Source: Trypanosoma brucei
Lineage: Eukaryota
Assembly (NCBI GenBank): GCA_000002445.1
Contig: CM000208.1
Span: 3,424,001-3,488,000, forward strand
Length of the DNA stretch: 64,000 nt
Direction of reading: 5' to 3'
The first letter of the stretch is position 1, and each line of letters opens with the position of its first letter. Positions 42,634 through 55,243 of the stretch are shown piece after piece. Made by a program: the position numbers and the translations under genes. The notes beneath the pieces were generated by a model. The model was not told the origin of the DNA. It saw nothing but the letters and a program-made list of their open reading frames with translations, and ran no database searches.

Positions 42634-45231
42634 TTACAACTTCTTACGCGTGAGACTCCTCGATTTCACTGGCGGAGTCGTTACGTTTTCATTGACTTCG
42701 CGTACACCTTGCGTGAAACTGCGGTTCCTGCGGTTGACACTAGCAACTTTGGGGTTGGAACCCGTACCTCTACCACTCCGTCCGCCTACCCCTGTTGCGG
42801 AATCAACGGTAAGCTTACAAGGAGGTGTTAGAGACGGCTTCATTTCACTTTTGATGGATCTCAATGATTCACATCCGTTTTGTTCCATCTCTTCTTCCCT
42901 TGATTGATCCGTCATCGACATCTCCTCCCTTTCGCTCGTATGGTCAAGGGGCGGCAACACTCGCCCGGGAACGGCATCTGGTCGACGTCTGTGGAGCCGT
43001 GGAAAGGACTGTACCGAGCTGGCGCTGCTGCGTTGCGGGTTTGCACAACAAGTGGGGGGTGTTGCCGGAGTTGTTGGTAGGAATGTTGAACCGGACAGTG
43101 AAACCGAAGCACTGAGGCGTGTACCACTAGCGGTTGGAACGGTATCAGACCGCACAATGTCCCTCTTCAGTGCCTGGGGCGTGGTTCCCTGAGATCGCTT
43201 GGTGGCAGCAAATGTATTACGAGTGAAGAGGTTGGGATCATTATCGCTGGCACCAGTTTCACTACGATGTACCTCCAGTGGACGGCCCGCAGTCTCGTCT
43301 GACCTTGCGAGAAGGGCACGGATTCCACGGGCTCCCGCCGCTACAACGACATCACTGGAAACCTGTTTATGAAAGGCCCTCACCTCAGCGCTCGTGCCGT
43401 TTCTTGGCTCGTGGCCATCAGCTTTACCATCGTCAGGACCCGTAACTACCCCGACACCATAAACTTCAGCAATGAAGTCATCCATGAAACTGCTGAACCC
43501 ATCAAAAGACGAAATGGATTGGAGAAGCCGCCACGCAGGATATGATAACACGTCTATTGACCGACAATGTGTTTGGTGTGTGTCACGTGAGCCGTCACTC
43601 CCACCCTCAGGGTATTCACCAGTACTGCTGCCCGCAAGATCAACATCGTAAAGCGTTAAAACAAATTCTTCCATGCTGAAGCTCGGTACTTGCCTCCTGA
43701 GCAACTGGAGAAGGAAGTTACTGACACAGCTGCTGTACCGCTCGTAGACGGAAAACGCCTCGTGAGGATACTCGCGGATCGAACTACTCGCGCCTCCACT
43801 GCCACCCCCCTGCAGAAACAGTTTGTGGTGCTCGAACAAAAAGTTACCCAGTTCGTCAACAACTTTGCGGTTTGACGCCGCCCGTTCCAATACACGCACG
43901 CTCATATGGAAACGATCAAGGGCCTGCTCCGCCGCAGTGGCAAGCAAGTCACCGTCCGCGGTGAATAAAGCCTCCAACCCGGGGCGGTGAGAGGGGGAAA
44001 TTCCCTCTTCCTGTTGCCGCTCAAGGGCTGATCTTGCGTTGTGCCGAGCCCGTTCCGCAGTTACAACATCCATAAGCGTAAGGGGCGCACCAAACGTGCA
44101 GGGTGCACTCGCTAAGCTAACTCCAGGGTCAGCGGTGCTGGGGAAGCTTGTGGTTGATAAGCTCGCGTGTATCGCGGGGATTGAGGTGTCCTTGTAGGCA
44201 CCCAAAGCCGCCAGTGTAAAGGCTTCACTCATGTGGTCCGTTGCGATAAAGTATTTGTTAGATGCGGTGGATGCACCAGCATCACCGTCGCCTTCGGCAC
44301 CGTCTCCCTCCTGGTATGCATCGTACAAACTTAGAAGCACCCGCTCTTGCAATTCAGAAAATGTGCGTGGAGGTTGAGCAAACATCCTGCGTGCCGTTTC
44401 CGGTTGACTTTGATTGTCACTGCCTTCGATGGGTAGGTGGTCCACGGATGATAACGACTGATACTCCTTCCGCTTCTCACCGACTTTTGATTCCTCGGCA
44501 AATATCTCAAGAAGGCGGTCAAATTCACGCCCTGTTTGACTTCCTTCTGATGCTCCTAACCCTTGCAGCGCCTCCCTCACAGCGAGAGGAGTTTCAACAG
44601 ATGCTAGGGGAGAACTTCTACCGCTGGAGTCACATCCGGTATTGCTTTGATCCTTAGTGCTGTTTATACTACAGCTTGTGACATCGTCTCGATGGTGTAG
44701 TGCGTACTTGGGACTCGTTGCGCCATGGGTACCGCCGACCTGCTGAGGTACAGACAACTGGGCCATTCCCAACAAAGGTGCCGAACCCACCGCACCTCTT
44801 CCTTCATTTTCTGTATGGGATTTCTCTCGGTTATTGTCCGCCTTCCCGGTGCCAGCAATCTCACTCCGCGGAAACAGCAGCTGTACAGTACGCTGACGTG
44901 CGACACGGTAAAGCTCCGGATCACTTGTAGACGACTCGGCATCACTTTTGGGAATTTGCGAGGAGGTCAACGACGCGTTACTGACGCTGTCCTTACAGGC
45001 GTTCGCGTTCCGAGGCCGAACTCCCCGCCAGTGCGAGGGATTTCTTACATTTGACCCACTGTCATCACTGCTACCGCTACTCGTGGCACTGTCACTACTG
45101 ATTGACCGCGCGCTTCCCACCGTCGGCTTCTTTGAAGGGTTGGTGCCGCTTCGCGCACTCGTCACCCCCCATTGGCCGCGAGCGGCACGACGGGCACGTT
45201 CAGGGTCAATACGCTTTGGTTTAATGGCCAT
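42634..45231 (-). CDS. Hypothetical protein (865 aa), Ser-rich basic N-terminus, no recognisable domain
   Basis: Long ORF on the polycistron strand. The overlapping + strand ORFs are short and S/R/C/P-biased, as expected for antisense reading. No family recognised. Confidence 0.5.
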   Translation of the reverse strand: MAIKPKRIDPERARRAARGQWGVTSARSGTNPSKKPTVGSARSISSDSATSSGSSDDSGSNVRNPSHWRGVRPRNANACKDSVSNASLTSSQIPKSDAESSTSDPELYRVARQRTVQLLFPRSEIAGTGKADNNREKSHTENEGRGAVGSAPLLGMAQLSVPQQVGGTHGATSPKYALHHRDDVTSCSINSTKDQSNTGCDSSGRSSPLASVETPLAVREALQGLGASEGSQTGREFDRLLEIFAEESKVGEKRKEYQSLSSVDHLPIEGSDNQSQPETARRMFAQPPRTFSELQERVLLSLYDAYQEGDGAEGDGDAGASTASNKYFIATDHMSEAFTLAALGAYKDTSIPAIHASLSTTSFPSTADPGVSLASAPCTFGAPLTLMDVVTAERARHNARSALERQQEEGISPSHRPGLEALFTADGDLLATAAEQALDRFHMSVRVLERAASNRKVVDELGNFLFEHHKLFLQGGGSGGASSSIREYPHEAFSVYERYSSCVSNFLLQLLRRQVPSFSMEEFVLTLYDVDLAGSSTGEYPEGGSDGSRDTHQTHCRSIDVLSYPAWRLLQSISSFDGFSSFMDDFIAEVYGVGVVTGPDDGKADGHEPRNGTSAEVRAFHKQVSSDVVVAAGARGIRALLARSDETAGRPLEVHRSETGASDNDPNLFTRNTFAATKRSQGTTPQALKRDIVRSDTVPTASGTRLSASVSLSGSTFLPTTPATPPTCCANPQRSSASSVQSFPRLHRRRPDAVPGRVLPPLDHTSEREEMSMTDQSREEEMEQNGCESLRSIKSEMKPSLTPPCKLTVDSATGVGGRSGRGTGSNPKVASVNRRNRSFTQGVREVNENVTTPPVKSRSLTRKKL

Positions 45232-47156
45232 ATAACCCGGAGGAAAAAAAAAAATGGTTCTCAGTTACACACAGAGTCACCAATACACTCGTATATTTTT
45301 TTATGTATATATGTGTACACCAGTATTCTTGCTGATCTCCTTCCCGTGTCGTCAACAATTCGTCCACAATATAGTAACTGATAGCGGATGAAGAGGTAAC
45401 TCTATCCTTTAAGATAGCAGATAAAACAATGGGTAGGAGAGGAGGAAGCCATGTGCAGTGTGGTGCAGGAATAAAAACATTCTGTTGCGTAAATACTAAC
45501 ACAACTTCCAAAATTAACTTCACTATTACAAGAGATGGCACACAACATAAAGCGCAGGTTCCCTGTCGTACTTCTCTTCTGCTCACCCCCACTGATTTGT
45601 TAATTGGTGTACATTTGCACACCTTTCTTCTCTCTAGGTGCTCTTCATACAAAACAACGTTAAACCCAAACATGCAAACTAACAGGATAAATACATCTTT
45701 GTAAACAACACTTTGCCTGACAACATTCCTTTTTTTTGTGTGTGTGCATCCTCTCCCTTTCCCCTTCTCCCCAAAACACACGCACACTCCTTTTATTCAA
45801 CAGCTCGGAGTTTACGGGGGGCAACGCGCAGGTGGTGGATGCAACGGAGGAAATTAAAAGGAGGAAAAAAAAAAAGAAGGGCACAGGGGACGGGGAAGTT
45901 TATGTAACTTTTCCTCATCTAATAGGTGTTTGGGCTATCCACTAATTAAACAAGCGCCCCACACACAAACGAAAAAGGCAATCTCACATTCACTGTTTTT
46001 TTTTGTCCCCCGGCTGATTGCGCTGCAGTCTTTTTCTGAGGTCATAGATCCCTTTTACTTTCCCCTTCCCTCCACCATCACATATACATCAGTGTAAACA
46101 ATCCCCCCTCCCCAAACAATAACAACAACAAAAAAAAAAAAGAAATCCCCTAAGTAAATGAAAAAAAGAAAAAAAAGAGTGGGTGAAAAGAAAAAGGCCA
46201 AGTTCCTTCAGTTAAGGAAGGCAGCAACTACTGCACACACAATGGACTTGCTTCACTCCTGTCTCATTCCATATATGATAGCTAGTCAATACAACGTGAA
46301 CAAATCAAACCCATGGGTGCAAAGTAATCCTTCTTTTTTTCTTATTTTTCCCTCTCTTCTCAAGAAAAAAAAAATACATATATTAATACATATATGTTTA
46401 TATATATTTCTTGTTTCTTTTCCTTCGTGTGGCTCTTTAAGTATGTGTTCCCTCCATTCATCATAACGAATCGATAAAGAAGAAAGGTGGGGCCATCTGT
46501 GGCAGCATTTTGATGGCGAATTTGCTGCCAGATAAGTTAGTGACGCTTATGGCAAAAGAAACGAAGCAAAAAAAAAAAAGAAAAGAGAAAAAGTAACAAA
46601 TGATGACAGTTAATAATGTTATTATTAATTTCATGCGTGTTAGAAAGGCGTAGAGGAGGGATGGGGCGAAGGAAACGAGACAGAATGTTGTCATCACCGT
46701 AGAAAAAGTGTACAAGAATGAACATCATGGAGGAGATCGTGCATACAAATACACAGTGAACATAATTCATGTGAGAACCGTTTTAATTCTTCTACCCTGC
46801 CAATTTAACCAACTCTAACACACTTGAACGTACACATATATACGGCAGAGAGCCACATCAAATTTACGTATCCGATAGCTCCCGCTTTGTTGGTTACTTC
46901 GCTTTTTTTTCTTTTTTCTCTTTGGTTTTTTTTGTCTTGTCATTTCTCCTATAATTTTTTTCTTCAATTTAACATGCCGTACAGATCATGCAGCGCAACC
47001 ACAACAAGTGAGTCCGCTCCAGCACCCCAATAACATCATGAGCGACTCAGCAAAAGTGGTGACTGACACAGGTATACTTTACATATTGATGTGCACTGTG
47101 TATGTATGTAATCGATACAATTCACAACTAAGCACATATCAGAACATGCACAACTC

Positions 47157-48425
47157 CTAATTAGCTGCTGCGGGAAGGGTGCTTGCAGGCCGTCTAACGG
47201 CACTCTCTGCGTATACCTGCGCAGCTGCATCGTGAAGCTTCTTGAACTCAAGGTAACGGTTCATTTGCATGCTCGTCTCCTGATTGGTCGTGCGCCACAA
47301 CGCCGTGCCGCTCTTGAGTGCGGCACTTTCATCCTCCTTCGTTTGTTTTCCGGACTCATCTGCCTTGTTTGTGGATGGCGGGGTCCCACCCTTCTGAGCG
47401 TTAGGCTCTCCTGCTGCTGCTTCTCCGGATCCCGTAGAACCACTGCCATTTGTACGGTCGCTTCTGGCATCCTGAGCATCAAACGCGTCAACATCCTCAA
47501 CATTCCCCTGAGCTCCTGCGTTGCTGTTCGCGTAACTGTCCTTCAAGACACCACTTGCTTGGCTTGCTCCCTCCTTCAACGCCGTGCGATCCCCTGCAGT
47601 GTTGAGTGGGAGCCATACGACACCAGATCCGTAAGGGTGCGAACTGAAATTGAAGCGCTGTTGCTTGCCCCTGACGCTGGGAAGCAACGAATCACGTAGT
47701 ACATCAGCTGGAGGCACTTGGCACTCATGTTTACCCTGCGCATTCACGGCAAAACAGTGACCGCATAAGTGTTCGTCCTCGGGGCATTCAGCGACCATCT
47801 TCTTCGTCTTCTTGTCCTGCTTCCGCACAAGTTCCCTCAACATCTCGATGTGTCTTACCGAAAGTGGCCGAGGCCCACCAGACGCCTTGTGTCCGTCTGT
47901 CACATTCTTTATTGTTTGCAACGCCTCCCGTAAGTCTTCATCAGCCGAGCACACTGGCTGCTGCTCCGCAGAGGCGGATTTGCCTTCCACCACAAGCTCT
48001 TGCCCATCAGTCCCCACAGATTGATCATGCAGCCGAACATCTTCATCTGGAAGTGTGAGGCCGGAACGCAACCGCTCTCGACGGAGCTCCTGCTCTGTGC
48101 GCAGCCGCTCCCTATTTTCGAGTATCAGCAGCTCCTGTAGGCGGTCACGGCGGCGGACCGGTACTGTTAGAGCGGCACGGGCCATGTTACCCCGTGTTGA
48201 CAGCAGCATTTCATCGGGCTCAAATTTGTACGAATTCTTCATGCTCGCCTTTAGGCTTTTCCCACGCAAGGTGTCATTTAGGGCTTTCACGTAAAGCTCA
48301 TCTTTGGTGTGGCAGTTAGAGTGTGGGAGCGTGATATTAAAGGGCTGCGTACCATTGAATGAGCGCTTCTTCTCACAATAGGAGCAGCGGCAGAAGTCTT
48401 TGCACTGCTCACGGAGCATCCCCAC
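47157..48425 (-). CDS. Hypothetical protein (422 aa) with an N-terminal Cys cluster (CKDFCRCSYCEKK) and a second CGHCF...HEC motif, possible zinc-binding
   Basis: ORF on the polycistron strand. Charged helical middle (RRRDRLQELLILENRERLRTEQELRRERLR). No family recognised. Confidence 0.45.
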   Translation of the reverse strand: MGMLREQCKDFCRCSYCEKKRSFNGTQPFNITLPHSNCHTKDELYVKALNDTLRGKSLKASMKNSYKFEPDEMLLSTRGNMARAALTVPVRRRDRLQELLILENRERLRTEQELRRERLRSGLTLPDEDVRLHDQSVGTDGQELVVEGKSASAEQQPVCSADEDLREALQTIKNVTDGHKASGGPRPLSVRHIEMLRELVRKQDKKTKKMVAECPEDEHLCGHCFAVNAQGKHECQVPPADVLRDSLLPSVRGKQQRFNFSSHPYGSGVVWLPLNTAGDRTALKEGASQASGVLKDSYANSNAGAQGNVEDVDAFDAQDARSDRTNGSGSTGSGEAAAGEPNAQKGGTPPSTNKADESGKQTKEDESAALKSGTALWRTTNQETSMQMNRYLEFKKLHDAAAQVYAESAVRRPASTLPAAAN

Positions 48426-50025
48426 TGTGTTCTCACTCTTTTATTTGATGAAATGCAAAACAAGGAATTGGAACCTTGACTCTTTTCTCTTGAACCTTCC
48501 GCAATATCTAAAGCAAAAAAGGATATTACCAGGCGCACTGCTGCGAGCACCGGTCGTTATGAGAGGTAAAAGGGGAATAGATAAGAATATGAATATGTAT
48601 ATATATATATATTTGTATGTGTTCATTATTTTTCAAGTGGCAGAAGTGAAGTTGTTAGAGGGCGCCAAATCAAATCCTCATGCCTCTTGAGGAGATGTAG
48701 ACAACACTTTAAACACGCACGCACGCACACACGCACACGCAACGGTACCAGTGTTACAATCATACACCCACAAAATACACAAAAAAAGGACGGGGATGGC
48801 GAAACACTTGAGGTCTACATGCATGCGTATGCACCAACACATAGAGATGTGTTTAGATGCGTCTGTGTGTGCGTGTGATTGATGAAGAGAGAAGGAAGTG
48901 AGGAGAGTGGTGATTTGTTACATGCAACTCTCCTTTGCTCTTTGACTCTAAGGGTGGATACAATACATCTTGTGACAGAATGAGATGGCAAGAATAAAAA
49001 CGGACTCAATCCTGTTGCGTTACCACGTGGCGTTACAACTCACACGATGTGGAACGACCATTATCATCCTTGTAGACATTGCGTTGGTGAATGAAAATAT
49101 AAAAAGGGGAAAAGTGCACGAACCCCATCACCAACCACCTCGTGTACATCCCCCACCTCACCTCTCGTTGTTTCCATTATTTACCTCTTTTGCTCGTATT
49201 GCTCGGCTCGTTTGCTCGTTCAGTTTGTTTTTGCTCCCCTCCCTGTGCGTGTACGTGTACGCATCTAACTCACACTCGTAATTACGCGCACAATTGCGTG
49301 CTGCCTTTCCCTCATATTCGTTTCTTTCCGTCTCTTCTTGCTCTTTCTTTCCCTCCTTCGGCACTCCACATGGCGTTTAAGCGGTTATACCGCCTGCAGC
49401 TAACCACAGGTATACTCCCATTGGTATAAGCATGCACACACACATATATATACGCAAGCAGTCTAATGCGAGATTTAAAAGGAAATATATTTTTTTTAAA
49501 AAGCAACTAATTTGCGCGAATTGGGAAAAAAACAAGTTAAGACCCGAGCATAAACAAAAGGAAACAGCAACTTCCTCTCCCACCCGCACACCAGCAAGCC
49601 AAAAGGAGGGCCAATGGAAAAGTTCCACAGAAGGGACTAATCGCACAGAGATCCTATATACATGTATATCGCCCCCATCACTGCATTTACACAGTAAAGA
49701 AGAGGGTAAACCAAAACGGAAAACAACTCACCAGCAACACCAAAAATACGAATACATAAAGAACCAAAAAAGAAAAACGGTGCCAAGTTAACCATCGAAA
49801 ATACAAAGCGACTCGACGTCTGAGACACGCAGAGGCATCAATGACCTACGAGAGCAGCGACCAGGCGGAGGGGGGGGAGGGGTGAAACAAAGCCCACGGG
49901 GCCCACAACCACCCCTCATCGACACAACCAGCTTTTTTCACTCCACGACTACTTCAACCCCAGTAGTATGAAATTCAACAGAAATATGGGGCTAGATTCC
50001 AAGAAGGGGGTTATGTCACCAGTTC

Positions 50026-51039
50026 CTAATTAGTTGTGGTTGGTTGATTCTTCAGGAGTGTTGCTTTCCATAGGTCACGGTTGTCCGTGTTGCCCAACGC
50101 AGCTGAGGTGCCAATGCCGTCGTCAACCACGGCATTCAGGCCACGGCACCAAACCACACCAGCGCCTTCAGGACGGGGACCATACGTATTCAAAGTTCCG
50201 ATAGTCTTCATCCCTTCAATCGGGGGTGTTGCAACGCCTTCGCGAGAAACTGGAGGAGTGCCTGCTCCACACTGCCGATGCAGAACAGCGCCTAGCGCCG
50301 CCGCGTTATCCCGATTGGCGGGGTCGCGAGCAACCGTACGAACTTTTTCAATGACGTGCTGCAGGCGGTGCGAATCTTCGCAATGTGGAGGGGGTGTGAC
50401 GGAACAGCGGTGGGCAGCATCGTACGCTTCACGGACCGTACCCGGCATCACAATGGTGCCCTGCGGTGGTGTAGCACTCTTCACACGCACCTGTTCTTCC
50501 GGTGCATCGAATGGTATCGGGCGTGGCCCCTTTCCAGTTCTCTTCAAAGTTTCGAAGTTCTCTGCATCTGCAGCTGCCTTTACGCGGGATTTGTGCTCAA
50601 GTACGAGAAGGCGCTCGAGACGGTCGAGGTCATCCATCGCATCCTTTTCTTGTTCCTCACGAGTTTTTGCCATGCCATTACTGCCGTTTAGCAGACACTG
50701 TTGTGCGGCTCTTACACCAGGGGGAATCGTGTATTCGCCACCGTGTTGTAAACCGTTGCGGCCCATTTTTGCATTGAGCTCCGTTTGATTCGGGTGGTGC
50801 TCAGGGTCATCCAATTCAAAGGAAGGCTCCTGCGGCTTCCGGTCATAATTACGCTGTGACAGAGAATCGTGGCATTGGCAACAGCAGTTGTGCAGCGCCT
50901 GCTGCTCCCTCAAGTGACTCACAGTTGTCATGAGGGCACTCTTTTTCGCATTTAGATTACGGCGGCTATTGCAGAAGTCACACTGGCAGTGTTGGTGAGA
51001 CTGGTACTGCACCGATACGTGTGGCAACTTGACAGACAT
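50026..51039 (-). CDS. Hypothetical protein (337 aa)
   Basis: ORF on the polycistron strand with a charged helical segment (EEQEKDAMDDLDRLERLLVLEHKSRVKAAADAENFETLKR). A 235-aa ORF overlaps on the + strand (50081..50788) but is S/R/C/P-rich and antisense-like, so the minus ORF is preferred. Confidence 0.4.
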   Translation of the reverse strand: MSVKLPHVSVQYQSHQHCQCDFCNSRRNLNAKKSALMTTVSHLREQQALHNCCCQCHDSLSQRNYDRKPQEPSFELDDPEHHPNQTELNAKMGRNGLQHGGEYTIPPGVRAAQQCLLNGSNGMAKTREEQEKDAMDDLDRLERLLVLEHKSRVKAAADAENFETLKRTGKGPRPIPFDAPEEQVRVKSATPPQGTIVMPGTVREAYDAAHRCSVTPPPHCEDSHRLQHVIEKVRTVARDPANRDNAAALGAVLHRQCGAGTPPVSREGVATPPIEGMKTIGTLNTYGPRPEGAGVVWCRGLNAVVDDGIGTSAALGNTDNRDLWKATLLKNQPTTTN

Positions 51040-51768
51040 CGTGCACGTTTCTCTCTCCCTTGCGTCACTGCTTTTACAAACACTTCTAGTTTATACTACT
51101 TTCCTCTTTTTTTAAAAAAAATATTGTTACGGCCGCTGTCTTACAGAATAGTAATAACGTCATTATTAATAACAAAGTAAAGGAGGAAAAAGTGAAGGTA
51201 TAAACCACATTCAGTGAAAAAAGAAGGTTAGCAACCGCAAGGAATTGCATTCAAGTGTATGTGTGAGAGAGATAGAGAGAGACACCACTACATACGTTCC
51301 CACGCAGCGCTCGTGGGTTAGACCTCGCACAGTACAAAGTCGACTTTCATGACCCCACTGCACTCCCGAAGTGGCAAAAACTTGCCTCTCAAAGTACTCG
51401 CGCGCACGCTGTAAACAATAAGTTGATGTTTACCTACAAGCGCAGGGAAACACCACCACCAACAAAAGGAAGATAAGAATATCAAATATGGGGTTTAAAA
51501 TATCTTTAAACATCCTTCTGTACCTGCGCATGACACACAAACTGTGCTCTGCATTCCCGATGCTTGTTTATTTACAGACTACATATCCCCCGCAATATCG
51601 TCGCGCACCTGCCGTCCCATTCACGGCAGTAAGCTTCGCAAACGAAAAAAAAAGAAAAAACATCCCTCTGCTGCCTTTCCGCGCCCTTAACTTCTCTCCC
51701 TTCACGGCAATGATCCCTTCCCTCACACCTCATTCACAGAAGCACAGCGGCATTCAACAAGAAGGTTA

Positions 51769-54333
51769 TTAGTCCTCCCCCTTGTCACGGCTCTCCCTAC
51801 AAACTCTGCGCCGAGGTGAAGCAGCTGAAGAGGACTCCGAACTCACCCCTGCAGATGCTCCGCTCACACTTGTGGCTTGCGTCGGATCACGAAACTGTGC
51901 TCCACCCCCGCCTCCTCTTACGGCTTCAGTTGGTGCGTATGCATTTTGTAGTGCCTGCGCTTGCTGAAGCAGAGCCTTTACAGACACTACTAACCACACA
52001 GGGCATTTCTCCTCCAGCACCTCCAACTGCGACTTGAGGAAGGTCTTAAAGAACAACACTGCAATGACAATTATTGCTATGAGCAGAATGGGCGAGGTGA
52101 GGAGATAGTACAACTCATTCCACCCCAACAGCAGCATCACCGGCAATACCCATGGTGGTAAACTTTGTTTCCCACTCTCAATATTACGGAGCTGCATCTG
52201 CAGTGTGAAGTCAGCTTTTTGTTTGTACAGATGGAAGGCGCACTGCAGAGCATTGTGGCTTAGAAGAACGTTGTCTGCATTAACGGTATCAGCGGTCGTA
52301 TCGCCAGAATCCACCACTGACGTGGGAGCATCCAATGGATAACGTGGGACATCTGATATATTGGTGAAGTGAAGAAAAAAATTCTTCTCTGTTCGATTAT
52401 CACGTACTTGGAACCTGCAGCGATCACGAACTAGACGCTGTAACGCACGGGTAGTTCCTTCCCCCTCGACTTCTCCAGCATCTACTTCAACAGGGACAAG
52501 CTTTAGGCGGTAGTACAGCAGGCAGCCCAACAGCACAAGTCCTGCTTGGCGGGCTTGCTTCTCCGCACCGAGGAGACCATCAGTGGTTCGGAAAAAACGC
52601 ACAGTCCCATCCGTCTTGCTAGTGAGAGCTTGTTCGAACACCTGGTGAACCGTTTCCGCCGCATTTTCCGCCATCGCCACAAAGCGATTGCGTAGCTTGT
52701 GTTGGGCTCCCTCCATTGCCGCATGGGCCACACCCTCGCGTACTGCCTGGTCATCCATGATAGCTGTGGCAAACTTTCCATAAAGGGATGACAGTGCGGC
52801 CTGATGGGATTTAGAACACCCATTCAGCATATCAAACGCCCCCTGCAAAGATAAACAAATCCTTTTCCAAAACTCCTCCACGAACAGCCGGCACCTCTTA
52901 TTGTCGACGAGGCCCTCGGCAGTGTCCAGAACGCCTTGTGCGAGTCCACCCCCATCTATTCTATCCCCTTTGTTATCCTTGCCTTCCAAAAGCAAGACAG
53001 ACCGGGCCTCATTTTGAAGCCAACGTACGGCCTCGTCCACACTACTTCCGATTACCCCATCCAACGCTGCAAGAACTGTCACAGCGATACTTTTTGCGTA
53101 CTGCTTGAGCAAATGAAGTTCCATGTCGCCCAGTTCCTCCTCGAGCGCTTCTGCCGTTTCGTGCACAACACTGACCTTATAAAGCTTAGTTTGGTCGGAG
53201 AAGTTTTTCAGTAGCCTCTCTATAGTCTCTTCCAAAGCACGCGTAAACTGAGGAATCACGTCACCGCGTTGTATCTTTTTCGTATATTCCTCGCAAACTT
53301 CTTTGAATTCTTCGATAGCAGCATGCTTCGCATCCGCGCACCGATGCCTTGCGAGCATATCACGCTGCGTAGGAATGTCAAGGTCCTTACTCGAGCAGAT
53401 AGCGTTCCAGCAGTTTGAGAGATATGATGGCATTCCATCGGCTGGGACACCGCGAAACATGCTGCAGTTACTGAAGAGAAAGTTCGAGTTTTTAGGTGAT
53501 ACAAACCACTCGCGGAACTCAGAGACTGCACTGTCAAACTCGGGGCGTTGAAGTTTGTAATGCGGGAGGACCCGATAGCGCAAGTCGAACACCACATCGA
53601 TGGTCGCATCCGTAAATGACTCCGGCTTCTGAATGTTGCCCCATATTTTATCGAAAGACTTCCGAACTGTTTCAAAAGATGGGGCAGGGTCATTCTCCGT
53701 GAAATCACGTAAAACAACCAAAAGCGTGGGTTTTTCCTCCTTCACATAACTACCGTGGGAAAATAGTTGTAAATTCACTTCGAATACCGTGCGAAGAAGG
53801 TTCATATTAGCGGCATTGAAACGACCAACATCGACAGCCCACATGTTAATTATTAGAATATCGGCAACACTGAGCGCAAAGAGGGAAAGTTGGCGCTCGA
53901 AGTTCTGATCTTCGCCTCGTTCAATACCATCGGTGCCTTCGAAGTCCAAAACAAACAGGGGTTGAGGTTTCTCTCTTTTCAATAAGTCTGCTCCTTCACC
54001 TTCCTCTCTTTCCTTCCGGTGAGTTTGTGCATCCAGAATGGCACGAGTCATAAAGGCCCCTTTTGTTGTCTGTCCGCGGTGATGTGCCTCATCCATTGTC
54101 ATAAACTCAGTTTGGAAAAGCGAATTAAGTAGCGTTGACTTACCGCTGCTCTGCCCGCCAAACACACCAACCACATGATAATTGACGCCCGTGCGGTACA
54201 AAATGTCACTGGAACCCTTTCCGGCGAGAGCTGAAATGAGAAAGTCGTTAATGTCAGCTTCTGGAAGTAGCTCACCGTCATCGTTGATGAGATGAATCCC
54301 CTTGACAGCCGTCTCCCCGCTGAAAGCAGCCAT
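51769..54333 (-). CDS. SEY1: Sey1/RHD3 (root hair defective 3) dynamin-like ER-fusion GTPase, atlastin functional analogue
   Basis: N-terminal GTPase domain [28 protein letters not shown]...[10 protein letters not shown] parallels RHD3/Sey1 '[28 protein letters not shown]...SQTTKGIW'. Long helical middle. Two adjacent C-terminal hydrophobic segments ([36 protein letters not shown]) form the typical Sey1 hairpin TM. Confidence 0.85.
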   Translation of the reverse strand: [854 protein letters not shown]

Positions 54334-55243
54334 AATGTCACGTAAATAAACGACTTGAGTTCAACTAATAATCCTCCTCCTCCTCCTCCTCTTTCCTGTA
54401 CCCCTTCGTACACGTATCCCAACCTCTACTGCCTTCTCAACCTCACAGTACTCCAAGCAAACCGCTTTCGCCTTTTTTTTCCTTCCGCCAATATCACACT
54501 CGCGATGTCACAACGGGGTGTGAGGCCGGGGAATATATTTAAATAGTAATGATGATAATATAAGCCTCAAGTATCCGAGTACGTGTATTGGTGAGCTCAC
54601 GCGTGTAGGCAGGTTTTTTTTTCTTTTTCCTTTCCCTGTTCCTCCCCCCTAAATGCTCTTTTCCCAGCGGTTTCGCTCCACGGAACCAAATTCTCCCACG
54701 GGGTGATAATTTCTTTTTTTTTAAAAAAAAAGAAACAAATATGCAATAAGCGGCACTGACGTGACTCTCTTACAAGTGCATCATCAAAATGCGAAAAGGT
54801 GGAACCCCCGAAAGGTAAAGAGAAGAGAGAGAGAGAGGAAAAATAAGATTCACCTAAGAACAACTGATGAAAAGGGACACATTGGCAGGACTCGTAGACC
54901 GTAGTAATACACACGAGCAAGCAGCATGTATGACCAAAGAAAGGAAAAGAAAAGAATGGATCGCAAACACTGTCCACCACATGTGCTCATGTGCGTACAA
55001 AAACACGTACATGGCACCGAAACGGCGATCACGTGTCACAGTAAATGACTCTGCGTTGAGGCAAAAAAAAAAAAGAGGAAACAAAAGTACATTAAGAAAA
55101 AAAACAACTTACAAATACAAATAGTGAACCAGAACGGTCAATACCCCCGTTCATGTTCAATTGTTAATGTAGTAGGGAAGTTGTGTTTGAATCTTCAAGG
55201 GCACCGAAAACAGTATGGAACCCCACCATCTAAATTTCTGTAA

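Noticed and set aside
50081-50788. 235-aa + strand ORF competing with the 337-aa minus-strand ORF
   Set aside because: Its S/R/C/P-rich composition is typical of an antisense reading. The minus ORF matches the array direction and has a charged helical segment. Neither has homology, so the minus call itself is only 0.4.
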